Below are positions 33,312 through 43,694 of a DNA stretch of 62,602 nt, piece by piece. Source of the stretch: a virus; the IMG/VR virus record IMGVR_UViG_3300046460_000197, positions 1 to 62,602 of that record; one strand, given 5' to 3'. How positions within the stretch are numbered: position 1 is the first letter of the stretch; each line of letters opens with the position of its first letter. The position numbers were made by a program, and so were the translations under genes. The notes below the pieces were generated by a model, which worked only from the letters and a program-made list of their open reading frames with translations, ran no database searches and had not been told where the DNA came from.

Positions 33312-36300
33312 GTGGCCACCCGATCCGTGAACGTCCGCCTGGTCGCGGACGTCAGCAGCTACACCCGCTCGATGCGGACGGCCGCCCGCAGTACCTCCCA
33401 GCTGGCCAATGCGGGCGCGATCGTGGGTACCGCGCTCGTCGCAGGGTTCGCAGTCGCGGCAGCCAGCGCTGCCAAATTCGACAAGGAGTTGTCCAATGTC
33501 CGCGCGGTGACTGGCGCCTCCGCGAAGGACATGCAGAAGCTGCGCGCTGCCGCACTGGAGGCCGGCAAGACGACGTCCTTCACCGCGACCGAAGCGGCCC
33601 GCGCTGAGGCCGAGCTGGCGCGCGCCGGCATCAGCACCGCCGACATCGTGGGCGGCGCACTGAAGGGTGCGCTGGCACTGGCGGCAGCAGGGCAGGTCGA
33701 CCTCACAGAGGCGGCCGTCGTCAGCGCCCAGGCCATGAATACGTTCGGCTTGGCGGGCAAAGACGTCACACACGTGGCGGACCTGCTCGCCGCTGGCGCG
33801 AACAAGTCCGCGGCCGACGTACACGGCCTGGCCATGTCGATGCGCATGGGCGGCCTGCTCGCCCACCAGACCGGCCTGTCCATCGAGGACACCGTGGGCG
33901 TTCTGGCGGCTTTCGCCGACCGCGCACTGATCGGCTCGGATGCCGGTACCTCGCTCAAGGTGATGTTGCAGCGCCTGGTGCCTCAGTCGAAGGAAGCCAA
34001 GGCGGCAATGAGCGCGATCGGCTTCAGCGCCTACGACAGCCAGGGCAAGTTCATCGGCCTGGAGAAGATGGCCGGGAACCTGAAGACCTCGTTCTCGAAA
34101 CTCACGCCCGAGGCCCGCAACTCCGCCATGGCGACGATCTTCGGGGCGGACGCCGTGCGTTCGGCCACGATCCTCTACGAACTGGGCTCCGAGGGCATCG
34201 CCAAGTACGTCAACTCCGTCAACGACCAGGGCGCCGCGCAGCGCATGGCCGCAATTCAGACGGACAACCTGATCGGCGACTTCGAGCGCCTGCGAGGCGC
34301 TCTCGAGGTCGCCCTGATCGAGGGAGGGTCCGCGGCCAATGGGTCCCTGCGCACGATGACCCAGTGGATCACGCGGCTGGTCAACGCCTACAGCAGCCTC
34401 AGCCCCGAACTCCAGCACGCGGTCACACTGTTCGCCGGATTCGGCGGCGCCGCCACCCTCGCCGCGGCGGGTGTCCTGCTCCTGCTGCCCCGGATCGCCG
34501 CGACCCGGGCCGCCCTGGTCGCCATGGGCCTCACGGCCGCCCGCACGCGGATCATGCTGGGCACGCTCGGCAAGGTGGGCGCCGTGGTCGCCGGCCTCGA
34601 GCTGATCTCCTACGCCTCCCGGAAGGTTCAGGAGCAGTTCGCGGACTCCCCGCCGTCCGTGTCGAAGCTGGCGAGCAGCTTCGTGGACCTCAGCAACAAC
34701 GGCAAGGTCGGCGGGGAGGCACTGAAGAGGCTCGGCAGTGATCTCGGCGGGTTCGGTGAGGCCGTCAAGCGGGTCGCCCATCCCGACTGGCAGGCCCGCA
34801 CGACAGACGTGGTCAACTCCCTGACGCTCGGCATCACCGAGGGCCTCGGCGAGACACAGATCCCACTCGAAGAGGCCCGCGACAAAATCAAGTCCGTCGA
34901 CGAGGCGCTCGGTCAGCTCGCCCAGTCCGGGAACGCCCAGATCGCCGCCGACGCCTTCAACCAACTCGCCGGCGCAGCCGCGGCCGACGGTACGAGCAAG
35001 GAGAAACTCCTCTCGCTGCTGCCGCAGTACACGGATGCCCTGGCCCAGGTGGACGTCCAGAGCAAGACGTCGGCCGTCTCTCAGGAGGCCCTAGCCGAGC
35101 AGCTCGGCATAACCGCTGACGAGCTTCAGGACCAGCGCACCGAGGCCGAGAAGCTGGTCGATGCCCTCAACGCCCTGAACGGCGTGAACATCAGCTCGGC
35201 CGAGAAGGAAATCGGCTTCCGCCAGTCCCTCGCCGACCTGACAGAAGCCGTCAAGGACAACGGTCGCTCACTGGACATCACCTCCGACAAGGGCCGCAAG
35301 GTGAAGGGCGCGTTCCTGGAGGCCGCGCAGGCCGCCATGGATCACGCCCAGGCGGTGGCCGAGCAGAAGAACAGCCAGCAGGCCGGACAGGCCGTTCTCG
35401 AGAAGGACATCAGCCTGCTGCGCGAGCAGATGTCGGCCGCCGGCTTCTCGGCGGCTGCGATCGACCAGTTGGTCGGGTCGTACCTCCAGCTGCCCGTTGC
35501 AGTCACAACGGACGTGAAGGCCGAGACGGCCTCCGCCATCAGCAGCCTGGAGGGCGTCCAGAAGCAGATCAAGGGCACCAAAGGCAAAACCGTCACGGTC
35601 GACGCGCTCACCGCGTCGGCCCGCACGAACCTCGAGGCCCTCGGCTTCAAGATCAAGTCCACGAAGGGCAAGAAGGTCAGCATCACGGTGCCGACCGGCA
35701 GCCAGCAGTCCGCCGTGAACGCTCTGGCCGCCGCCATCGCAGCCCTGCGCGACAAGGCCGTGACCATCACCACCTCCTACGTCATCAAGGGCAGCAAGAC
35801 CGTCCCGAGCGGCACCTACCTCGGCTCCACCGCCGGCCGCAGTGCCGACGGCAACCTCTACGGGCCCGCCCAGCGGTTCGCCGTCGGCGGCATGCGGGAG
35901 CAGCACGTCGCGCAGATCGCCCAGCCCACACTCCGCATCTGGTCGGAGCCGGAGACCGGCGGCGAGGGCTACATCCCCATGTCGCCCGCCAAGCGGATGC
36001 GTTCCACGCAGATCCTCGGCGAGATCGCCGGCCGTTTCGGCTACCGGCTGGAGAAGTACGCCACGGGCGGCATGTCCGGCTTCACCTACGCGCCGACCGG
36101 GGCCCCGGTACTCGGCGGCCCGTCTGACGCCAAGCAGCGCTACGACGACCTGATCGGCCGGCTGAAGGACGCATGGAAGGAGTATCAGGAGGCGATTGCC
36201 GAGCGGAACAAGGTTCTCAAGGACAAGAAGTCCACGAAGGCCGAGAAGTCCGCCGCACAGAAGGCGGTCGCGAAGCAGTTCGCTGAGGTCAAGGCCCTTG

Positions 36301-37301
36301 ATGCTGCTCTTGGGTTGAAGGCGGGGGCGCCTGCGCCGAAGGGCTTCAGCCTGGCCGCCTACCAGAAGCAGCTAGGCAACTCGCTGAAGGCGACGGTGAC
36401 GTGGCGCACCAACCTGTCAAAGATCGCCAAGCGGGGCGGCGAAGATGTTCGCGTCATGCTGGAATCGATGGGCGAGGACGGCGCCTCCCTCGTCAGCGCC
36501 CTTGCCGGCGCAAGTGACAAGCAGTTCAAAGACATCACCAGCAAGCTGATGCAGACCGGGGAGATCGCCAAAGCGACCTTGGCAGACTTCACTAGGCAAC
36601 TCGGTGCCAGCACCACGGAGAGCAAGGCCTTCGCGGCGGATCTTCAGAAACTGGCCGCATCAGGCTTTGGCGATCTCGCTCAAGCGCTTGCCGCGCAGGG
36701 CGACTCGGCGGCCGTGGCGCTCGCCCACGAAGCTGCCGGGAACGCAAAGTCGGCGGCCGCGGCGAACAAGGCCGTCGGCGCTGCCGAGGGCGCACTGTCC
36801 GGCGAAGACCTGACGAACGCTCTGACCCTGCTGTCCACCCTGCGGGGCGGCACCGGGAAGGGCTTCGCCGACCTCATCGCGGCAGGCCTGGATGTGGCCA
36901 CCATCCGCGCCTTGGTTCCGAAGATGACCGCCCAGATCAAGGCCCTGCCTGCTGCCAACCGGGACACCTTCGTGCGGCAGTGGGTGCAGCAAGGCGGCAA
37001 GGCGATGGCGGCCGGCGGCATCCTCAACCGGCCGACGATGGTCCTAGGCGGCGAGGCTGGAGACGTCGAGTCGTGGATCCCGTGGAACAACTCGTCTCGC
37101 TCGCGGGGCCTGCTCGCCAAGACGGCCGCGGCCATGGGCTACCAGCTGGTCCCTGCTGGCAGGTACGGGGGCGGCGGGGCCAGCAGCAGCGGGTCAGCGC
37201 CCCACGTGTCCCGCACGACCAACATCACGCTGAACGGGGCCAAGCAGAGCGGAGTCGAACAGGTCCACGACATCGCCCGAGTCATGAACTTCGTCGGCTG
37301 A
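33312..37301 (+). CDS. Tape measure protein
   Basis: 1329 aa, Ala/Gly/Leu-rich with helical repeats; position after the chaperone pair. Confidence 0.9.
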   Translation: MATRSVNVRLVADVSSYTRSMRTAARSTSQLANAGAIVGTALVAGFAVAAASAAKFDKELSNVRAVTGASAKDMQKLRAAALEAGKTTSFTATEAARAEAELARAGISTADIVGGALKGALALAAAGQVDLTEAAVVSAQAMNTFGLAGKDVTHVADLLAAGANKSAADVHGLAMSMRMGGLLAHQTGLSIEDTVGVLAAFADRALIGSDAGTSLKVMLQRLVPQSKEAKAAMSAIGFSAYDSQGKFIGLEKMAGNLKTSFSKLTPEARNSAMATIFGADAVRSATILYELGSEGIAKYVNSVNDQGAAQRMAAIQTDNLIGDFERLRGALEVALIEGGSAANGSLRTMTQWITRLVNAYSSLSPELQHAVTLFAGFGGAATLAAAGVLLLLPRIAATRAALVAMGLTAARTRIMLGTLGKVGAVVAGLELISYASRKVQEQFADSPPSVSKLASSFVDLSNNGKVGGEALKRLGSDLGGFGEAVKRVAHPDWQARTTDVVNSLTLGITEGLGETQIPLEEARDKIKSVDEALGQLAQSGNAQIAADAFNQLAGAAAADGTSKEKLLSLLPQYTDALAQVDVQSKTSAVSQEALAEQLGITADELQDQRTEAEKLVDALNALNGVNISSAEKEIGFRQSLADLTEAVKDNGRSLDITSDKGRKVKGAFLEAAQAAMDHAQAVAEQKNSQQAGQAVLEKDISLLREQMSAAGFSAAAIDQLVGSYLQLPVAVTTDVKAETASAISSLEGVQKQIKGTKGKTVTVDALTASARTNLEALGFKIKSTKGKKVSITVPTGSQQSAVNALAAAIAALRDKAVTITTSYVIKGSKTVPSGTYLGSTAGRSADGNLYGPAQRFAVGGMREQHVAQIAQPTLRIWSEPETGGEGYIPMSPAKRMRSTQILGEIAGRFGYRLEKYATGGMSGFTYAPTGAPVLGGPSDAKQRYDDLIGRLKDAWKEYQEAIAERNKVLKDKKSTKAEKSAAQKAVAKQFAEVKALDAALGLKAGAPAPKGFSLAAYQKQLGNSLKATVTWRTNLSKIAKRGGEDVRVMLESMGEDGASLVSALAGASDKQFKDITSKLMQTGEIAKATLADFTRQLGASTTESKAFAADLQKLAASGFGDLAQALAAQGDSAAVALAHEAAGNAKSAAAANKAVGAAEGALSGEDLTNALTLLSTLRGGTGKGFADLIAAGLDVATIRALVPKMTAQIKALPAANRDTFVRQWVQQGGKAMAAGGILNRPTMVLGGEAGDVESWIPWNNSSRSRGLLAKTAAAMGYQLVPAGRYGGGGASSSGSAPHVSRTTNITLNGAKQSGVEQVHDIARVMNFVG

Positions 37302-37313
37302 GGGGAGGCGCGG

Positions 37314-38201
37314 ATGCCGTACACCCCGGGCGCCGACCTGGACGGCATGGGTGCCGTCCTTGGGGGCGTCACGCTGGGGGCCGTCGATTCTCGGGGCGTC
37401 GCCTGGTACCTCCAGACCCTGGAGGGCTGGGACTCCCCGGATGCCCGCTCTGAATTCACCGAGCGGGAAGGGGACCATGGAGCATGGGCGGCACCCGTGT
37501 ATCTCGGGGCGCGTCCCATCACCCTGGCCGGAACCATCGTGGCTCCGGCCAGGGACCTGCTCGAGCAGTCCATGAACCAACTGAGGGTGGCGGCCGGCCT
37601 GACCGACCGGACCCTCACGGTGGGTGAGGTCGTGCCGAAGCAGGCCACGGTACGGCGCAGCGGTAAGCCTCTGTTCCAATACGTCACCGACACTGTGGCG
37701 ACGTACTCCGTGATGGTTACGGCGGCCGACCCGCGCCGCTACAGCACCACCCTGAGCAGCGCCACGACGAATCTGGCGTCGGTCACAGGCGGCCTCAACT
37801 TTCCGGTCACATTCCCGGTCAGCTTGTCGGCCACGGCTGTTGCGGGCCTGATCACTGCCGCCAACGACGGCGACGCCGACACCCGGCCGCTGTTGACGAT
37901 CGCGGGCCCGGTCGTCGCCCCGACCATCGCCGCGCTGTACGAGGACGGCACGGTCAAGCAGCTGATCTACACGCAGGATCTCCAGGCCGGTGACCTGCTG
38001 GTGATCGACACCGACGCCCACACCGTCACGCTCAACGGGGGCGTGTCCAGGCGTCGGTACCTCAGCGTCCCTGCGGGCTGGCCGACCATCCCGCCCGCGG
38101 GCGAGGACGGCTCACCAGCCGTCGTCAGCTACCAGTTCCAGTCGGGCACCTATAACGCCAGCGCGACGCTGACCGCTAGCTGGCGGTCAGCGTGGATGTG
38201 A
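37314..38201 (+). CDS. Distal tail protein (Dit, siphovirus tail family)
   Basis: 295 aa. ...VAWYLQTLEGWDSPDARSEFTEREGDHGAWAAPVYLGARPITLAGTI... is a typical Sipho_tail N-terminus. Confidence 0.75.
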   Translation: MPYTPGADLDGMGAVLGGVTLGAVDSRGVAWYLQTLEGWDSPDARSEFTEREGDHGAWAAPVYLGARPITLAGTIVAPARDLLEQSMNQLRVAAGLTDRTLTVGEVVPKQATVRRSGKPLFQYVTDTVATYSVMVTAADPRRYSTTLSSATTNLASVTGGLNFPVTFPVSLSATAVAGLITAANDGDADTRPLLTIAGPVVAPTIAALYEDGTVKQLIYTQDLQAGDLLVIDTDAHTVTLNGGVSRRRYLSVPAGWPTIPPAGEDGSPAVVSYQFQSGTYNASATLTASWRSAWM

Positions 38202-38214
38202 GGAGGAGGCAGGC

Positions 38215-39276
38215 ATGCCCGTAGACCCGTGGGCCATCGACGGCCTCAACTACACCGGCCTGGAGGCGCGGAACGCCGAGTTGGGCGTCATGGGCAACGG
38301 CTCCGCGCTCGGCTCCCGCTCCGGCGTCCGCCCGGGCGACCCGGGCCTGACAGTCTCCCTGGCGGGCTCCACCATCAACGTCAGCGCGGGCGTCGCCGCA
38401 ATCGCCTACGCCGGGCAGGGCGTCTACCGGTGCGCCTTTCCTTCGTCAGTGTCGCCCGGTTCCGTCACCGCCGCGCACGCCACCCTCGCTCGCATCGACC
38501 TGGTGTACCTGCGCGTGTGGGACAACGCGGTCGACGCCTCCGGTCTGAACAAGGCGGACATCGTCTACCTCGCGGGCACCGCCTCGGCGTCACCAGTCGC
38601 GCCGACGCCGGCGGGCACGCAGGTCTACATGCCGCTCGCCACGATCAGCGTCCCCGCATCCGGTGGCGGATCCCCGTCGGTGTCCACCGCGGTCCGGCCG
38701 TACACCGTGGCGCCCGGTGGCATCCTGCCGTCGTCCACCGCGCCCGGCAGCCCGTACACCGGCCAGTACTACGACGACGGCACCAACCTGCTGCGCTGGA
38801 ACGGCTCGAGCTGGGACACCTACCAGAAAGTGCCCGGCGCCTGGACGTCGTGGACGCCGACCTGGGCCACGTCCACCGGCCTGCGGCTGCCCTCCTACGG
38901 CAATGCCGCCGTGGACTGCAAGTACTCGAAGATCGGCCGGACGGTCCTCTTCAACATGTCGCTCACATGGGGCACCACCACCAACTTCGGGGCCTCGCCA
39001 ACGACATCGGACAACTGGACGTTCTCCCTCCCTGTTGCGGCAGCCGTTGCCTTCACCTCGATCGGCACCGCGCACATCGAGCCCGGCAACGGACAGAGGG
39101 CCAGCATGGCGATGGCGCAGGTCAACGCGAGCGCCGCCGATATCAGCCTGCACATGACCGGACCGCGGATCGACGGCAGCGCGACCGTGGCCGGCGTCGT
39201 CGACTCGATCACCCCCTTCGTATGGGGCAGCACGATGAAGCTGGTCATCCTGGGCCAGTACGAGTCCGCCACGTGA
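38215..39276 (+). CDS. Minor tail protein
   Basis: 353 aa; beta-rich, Gly/Ser/Thr-rich. Confidence 0.65.
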   Translation: MPVDPWAIDGLNYTGLEARNAELGVMGNGSALGSRSGVRPGDPGLTVSLAGSTINVSAGVAAIAYAGQGVYRCAFPSSVSPGSVTAAHATLARIDLVYLRVWDNAVDASGLNKADIVYLAGTASASPVAPTPAGTQVYMPLATISVPASGGGSPSVSTAVRPYTVAPGGILPSSTAPGSPYTGQYYDDGTNLLRWNGSSWDTYQKVPGAWTSWTPTWATSTGLRLPSYGNAAVDCKYSKIGRTVLFNMSLTWGTTTNFGASPTTSDNWTFSLPVAAAVAFTSIGTAHIEPGNGQRASMAMAQVNASAADISLHMTGPRIDGSATVAGVVDSITPFVWGSTMKLVILGQYESAT

Positions 39277-40352
39277 CCGCGTTCGAGCTGGCCTGGTACG
39301 GCGTGGACCTTCGCACCGGCGGCATCGTCGAGGACCTGCCCTCACTCAAGCCCAGCGGCGGCTTGGGCCGCAAGCTCGGCGCGAGCGCGACGCTTCAGCT
39401 CGAGCTGGCCCTGGACGGCGCGCCCCGCGGCTGGGACGAGGCGACCGCACCGGGCCGGACGCTCGTCGTCGCGGTCGACACCGCGACAGACACCCCCATC
39501 TGGGCCGGGGTCACGCTGCCCCGCGAGGGCGGCAGCGCGGGCACCGTGCAGCTTGGGGCCGCCACCCTGGAGGCCTACCTGGACGCCCGCTACCCGGGCA
39601 CCCAGACGATGCTGGCCGTCGACCAGGCGACCGTCTGCACGAACCTGATCACGCCCGCGCTCACCCAGGGTCCGCCGTTCATCATCGACTCCGTGGCCAC
39701 CGGGACCACGATGGATTACCTCAGCGACGACGGGGACGACAGGACGATCTTGTCCTGCCTCAGTGAGGTCATGAGCCTCGACGGCGGCCCCGAGTGGACC
39801 ATCGACGTCGCCTGGAACGGAGCTCACACCGGCTTCCAATTTCCGATCCGGATCCGGACGCAGGTCGGCGTCCAGTCGACGAACCCCGAGCCGGTCTTCG
39901 ACTACCCAGGATGCGTCGCCGAGTACGCCCTCGCCGAGTCCTACGAGCAGGGCAAAGGGGCCACACGCGTGCGGGCCCGCGGCGAAGGCGAGGGATCCTC
40001 GCGGCTCACCTCGTCAGCCCACGACGCCACCGCCCTGCTCGCGTCCGGCTGGCCGCTGTGGGAGTACCGCTACACGCCAGCGTCCGGCGTCACCGATCCT
40101 GATCAGCTGGATGGACACGCCGCGTCCTCGCTCGGCCTGATGGCGCAGGGCGGCCAGGTGTGGACCATGAAGGCGGTCGCCTCGCAGGCCCCGCGCCTGG
40201 GCTCTGTGTGGGGGATCGGTGACTCGGTCCGGCTCAGTGTCGAGCACTCTCGCCGGCACCCGGCCGGGGCCGAGGTCGTGGCCCGTTGCTGGGCGTGGGA
40301 GCTGGACCCGTCCGCAGACCGCGTCACGCCGATCCTGGTCGAGGAGGACTAG
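39273..40352 (+). CDS. Minor tail protein (Tal-like N-terminal domain)
   Basis: GTG 39273 (GTGA overlap), 359 aa. The upstream part of track ORF 38229..40352 is off-frame junk. Confidence 0.65.
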   Translation: MTAFELAWYGVDLRTGGIVEDLPSLKPSGGLGRKLGASATLQLELALDGAPRGWDEATAPGRTLVVAVDTATDTPIWAGVTLPREGGSAGTVQLGAATLEAYLDARYPGTQTMLAVDQATVCTNLITPALTQGPPFIIDSVATGTTMDYLSDDGDDRTILSCLSEVMSLDGGPEWTIDVAWNGAHTGFQFPIRIRTQVGVQSTNPEPVFDYPGCVAEYALAESYEQGKGATRVRARGEGEGSSRLTSSAHDATALLASGWPLWEYRYTPASGVTDPDQLDGHAASSLGLMAQGGQVWTMKAVASQAPRLGSVWGIGDSVRLSVEHSRRHPAGAEVVARCWAWELDPSADRVTPILVEED

Positions 40353-41144
40353 ATGCCCCGACAGCTGGACCAACTGCCCTCCGACCCGACGACCCTGGCC
40401 CGCAAGGTCAGGGCCCTCGAGGAACAAGTACGGGAACTGCGCGGAGCGCGCCGCTTGTCCTCGGCCACCCTCGGCCTGGTGCAGACGGCCGCGGACGGCG
40501 AGCGCGTCGCCCTGGACCAGAGCAGCCAGTCCCTGCGCGTGTACGGGCCGGACGGCGCCACGGTCTTGGCCGAGCTGGGGCCGACATCCGACGGCGGCGG
40601 CGGGCTGTGGACGCGCGGCACCGGAGACTTCCCCTTCTCCGCGAACCTCAACAGCGGAGAGCTGGCGTTCAGGCCGGTAGAGGACGACGTGGTCCAGGTC
40701 CCCGGAAAGATCTACTACGACACCGAGGGATTCCAGTACAGCGACCTCACGCTGACCTCCGGCGCGGTCGCCAGCACCGACCACCGGGCGCTGATGATCC
40801 TGGAGTCCATCTACGCCGGCGCGACGCCCTACGTGTACATCCAGGGCGAGAACTCGACCCAGTGCAACCTGGACGTCCTGGGCGTGCTCACCGCGAAGAG
40901 CTTCGCCTTCGGACAGGTCACGATCACGCCGAGCGCGGCGAACACGCCCACCTCGGCGACGATCTCCGGACTCGGCCTGAAGGGCTCGACCTTCTACGGA
41001 TGGGCCACCGCAGCCACCAACGTCGTCGGCACCAGCGTGACCGGCGTGGGCACCACCGGTGCCACCGCGGCCGGCGTGAACGTCTGGCTGACCCGCAGCT
41101 CGACCGCCGCGACCCCCGTGAACTGGCTGGTGATGGGCCTATGA
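40353..41144 (+). CDS. Minor tail / fibre protein with N-terminal coiled coil
   Basis: 263 aa. LARKVRALEEQVRELRG, followed by a beta-rich C-terminus. Confidence 0.65.
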   Translation: MPRQLDQLPSDPTTLARKVRALEEQVRELRGARRLSSATLGLVQTAADGERVALDQSSQSLRVYGPDGATVLAELGPTSDGGGGLWTRGTGDFPFSANLNSGELAFRPVEDDVVQVPGKIYYDTEGFQYSDLTLTSGAVASTDHRALMILESIYAGATPYVYIQGENSTQCNLDVLGVLTAKSFAFGQVTITPSAANTPTSATISGLGLKGSTFYGWATAATNVVGTSVTGVGTTGATAAGVNVWLTRSSTAATPVNWLVMGL

Positions 41145-41338
41145 CGACTCTTCAGCCGGGCATGTTCTACGCCGCGGTCGTCCGGGACGTCACCGAGGAC
41201 TGCGTCAACTACGGCCAGTCCTTCGAGGTGCCGGAGCTGTACTCCAACGGCGGCCAGGCCACGGTCACGTGCGGGCTCTGCGGGCAGCCCATGGAGCTGG
41301 ACTCAGCGACTCTGCTGGACCCGCAGCCCGAGATGTGA
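41141..41338 (+). CDS. Hypothetical small protein (65 aa)
   Basis: ATGA overlap with the upstream gene. ...VTCGLCGQPMELD. Confidence 0.5.
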   Translation: MTTLQPGMFYAAVVRDVTEDCVNYGQSFEVPELYSNGGQATVTCGLCGQPMELDSATLLDPQPEM

Positions 41339-41403
41339 CCACCCCGCTCGCCCCCTGCCAGCCCCGCGCCGACCGGCCGGGGCTTCCTCATGTCGGAGAC
41401 CTC

Positions 41404-42822
41404 ATGAACCGCGCCGGATATCGGCTCGCCACAGACCTGCCCGAAGGCATGCTGCCGTGGCGGGACCGCCCCGTCCTGTGGGCGAACGTCAGCCCCACGA
41501 CCGGCACTTACCACCTCAACGCACAAGGTGAATACCTGTACTACCCGGGCGGCGGCACCACCGGCTACGACCACCCCGTCGGCCAGATCCAGTTCGGCCT
41601 CGGCTGCATCGCCAGCTACCGCGTCCAGACCGACCCCGCCCGCAAAGCCCTCTTCCTCAACCGGGCCAAGCAGCAGGCAGGCCGCCTCATCGACCGACAC
41701 CGCCTGGGAAACGACGGCGGCTGGTGGTTCCCCTACGGCTTCGACTTCACCCACGCCGTCCACTCCGGCATCTCCTACCAGGCGCCCTGGTACTCCGGGA
41801 TGGCGCAGGGCGAGGCGATCAGCCTGTTCGTACAACTCTCCCAGCTCGAGGGCCTCACCGACGCCGAACGCGCCACGTACCTGGCGGCCGCCGACGGCGC
41901 CTTCGCGTCCCTCCAGACCGACGAGTACGGCTACCCGTGGGCGGTCAACACGGACCGGTCCGGCTATGCCTGGATCCAGGAGTACCCGGGCGCCGAGCCG
42001 GACACCGGCGACTTCACCTACAACGGCATGGTCTACGCGATGTTCGGCGTCTGGGACTACTACGCCGCCACCGGCAGCCAGACCGCCGCCGACCTGTACG
42101 ACGCGTTCGCGACCACCATCGCCCGGTTCTTCCCGCTGCTACGGAACCCGAAGTGGTGCTCGTTCTACTGCCAGACGCACCGCATCGAGGCCTACACCTA
42201 CCACCAGCACCACATCGAACTCTTCCGCCAGCTCAACTGGCAGACCGGGTCGCCGGACTTCGCCGACAACGTGGACCGCCTCGTCGACGACTACCCGGCC
42301 GCCGGGGTCACCGGCACCATCGCCTTCGAGTCCGGCAGCCACACCCTGTGCCGCTTCGACACCGCGGCCTCCGGAGCCTGGTCGACGGCCACAGGCGACG
42401 CACTCCTCGAGCAGAAGACGGTCACGTTCGCGAGCGACACGGCCGCGCCCGCCTCCATGCGGCGCCGCATCAAGAGCCGCGGCATCTACTACCTCATCTC
42501 CGCCGGCGCCTACGCGGGCTGGTGGGTCGGCGAGAACTGGTCGCGCGCCTACCTGCGCGGCATCTACCTCCCCACCCTGTACCGGCCGGAGCGCACCGTG
42601 ACCTTCCCCGGCAGCGTGCCCGTCGACTGCTACAAGGTCGCCACCGACGGCACCATCACCAGCGTCAGGACGGTCACCTTCGCCAGCCCGTCGAACGCAC
42701 CCGCCGACCGCCGCGCCATCGTCAACGGCCGGCCCATGTTCCAGATCACCGCTGGCGGGCTCACCGCCTACTGGGTCCCGGCCGGCTCCGTGACCATCGA
42801 CGCCGAACCCGCCGTCGACTGA
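41404..42822 (+). CDS. D-glucuronyl C5-epimerase C-terminal-domain-like protein (tail-associated glycan-active enzyme candidate)
   Basis: 472 aa. ...ISYQAPWYSGMAQGEAISLFVQL...YNGMVYAMFGVWDYY... resembles the (alpha/alpha)-barrel C5-epimerase family as I remember it. Lies between the tail genes and the endolysin. Confidence 0.5.
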   Translation: MNRAGYRLATDLPEGMLPWRDRPVLWANVSPTTGTYHLNAQGEYLYYPGGGTTGYDHPVGQIQFGLGCIASYRVQTDPARKALFLNRAKQQAGRLIDRHRLGNDGGWWFPYGFDFTHAVHSGISYQAPWYSGMAQGEAISLFVQLSQLEGLTDAERATYLAAADGAFASLQTDEYGYPWAVNTDRSGYAWIQEYPGAEPDTGDFTYNGMVYAMFGVWDYYAATGSQTAADLYDAFATTIARFFPLLRNPKWCSFYCQTHRIEAYTYHQHHIELFRQLNWQTGSPDFADNVDRLVDDYPAAGVTGTIAFESGSHTLCRFDTAASGAWSTATGDALLEQKTVTFASDTAAPASMRRRIKSRGIYYLISAGAYAGWWVGENWSRAYLRGIYLPTLYRPERTVTFPGSVPVDCYKVATDGTITSVRTVTFASPSNAPADRRAIVNGRPMFQITAGGLTAYWVPAGSVTIDAEPAVD

Positions 42823-42846
42823 ACGTTCCCGCCCCGAGGAGGGCCC

Positions 42847-43665
42847 ATGGCCTGGTGCCCGTTCGCCACCAAGTACGAGCTGCAACCGGAGTCCGACAGC
42901 CAGCCTGCGATCCGGCCGACGCAGTTCATCGTCCACAGCATCATCGCCCCGTGGACGGCCCGCCGCGTCTACGAATACTGGCGCGACAGCACCAACCTCG
43001 AAAGCCACTTCGGCCTCGGCTACGAAGGCGACCTCGGCCAGTTCATCGGCACGGAGACCCGCGCCGACGCCAACGCCGGCGCCAACCGCCGCACGGACGG
43101 CAGCGGCGCCGTCTCCTGCGAGACCGCCAGCAACCTGCAAGGCTCCGATCCGTGGACCGCTGAGCAGGTCGAGATGCTCATCCGCCTCGGCGTGTGGCTG
43201 CACGAGAAGCACGGCATCCCGCTCAGGATCTGCCGCAGCCACGACGACCCCGGCTTCGGCTACCACCGGCTCTACCGGGAGTGGTCGACCGACGGCACGA
43301 ACTGCCCTGGCGACGCCCGCGTGAAGCAGTTCCGCGAGGTCGTGTTCCCGGGCATCGCCGCCCGCGCGAACGGCACCACCCAGCCGCCCACCCAGGAGAA
43401 CCCCATGGCGCTCACCGACGACGACATCAAGAAGATCGGCCGTCAGGTCGTGACCGGTGCGACCGGCATGAAAAACCCCGACGACACCAGCGCGGACTGG
43501 GCGCTGTCGAGCTTCGTCGGCCTCACCTACAAGACGACCCGGGCCATCGCCGCAGACGTCGCCGCCGTGAAGAAGACGGTCGACGCGCTCGCGATCGGCG
43601 GCGTCGACCTGGACGCCCTCGCCGACAAGGTCGCCGACAAGCTCGCCGCGCGCCTCGCCAACTGA
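42847..43665 (+). CDS. Endolysin, N-acetylmuramoyl-L-alanine amidase (amidase_2/PGRP type)
   Basis: 272 aa. ...FIVHSI...SHFGLGYEGDLGQFI...ANRRTDGSGAVSCETA...NCPG. RBS GAGGAGGG. Confidence 0.8.
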   Translation: MAWCPFATKYELQPESDSQPAIRPTQFIVHSIIAPWTARRVYEYWRDSTNLESHFGLGYEGDLGQFIGTETRADANAGANRRTDGSGAVSCETASNLQGSDPWTAEQVEMLIRLGVWLHEKHGIPLRICRSHDDPGFGYHRLYREWSTDGTNCPGDARVKQFREVVFPGIAARANGTTQPPTQENPMALTDDDIKKIGRQVVTGATGMKNPDDTSADWALSSFVGLTYKTTRAIAADVAAVKKTVDALAIGGVDLDALADKVADKLAARLAN

Positions 43666-43694
43666 CCGTCTGCCCTCCCAGAAACGAGAACCCC

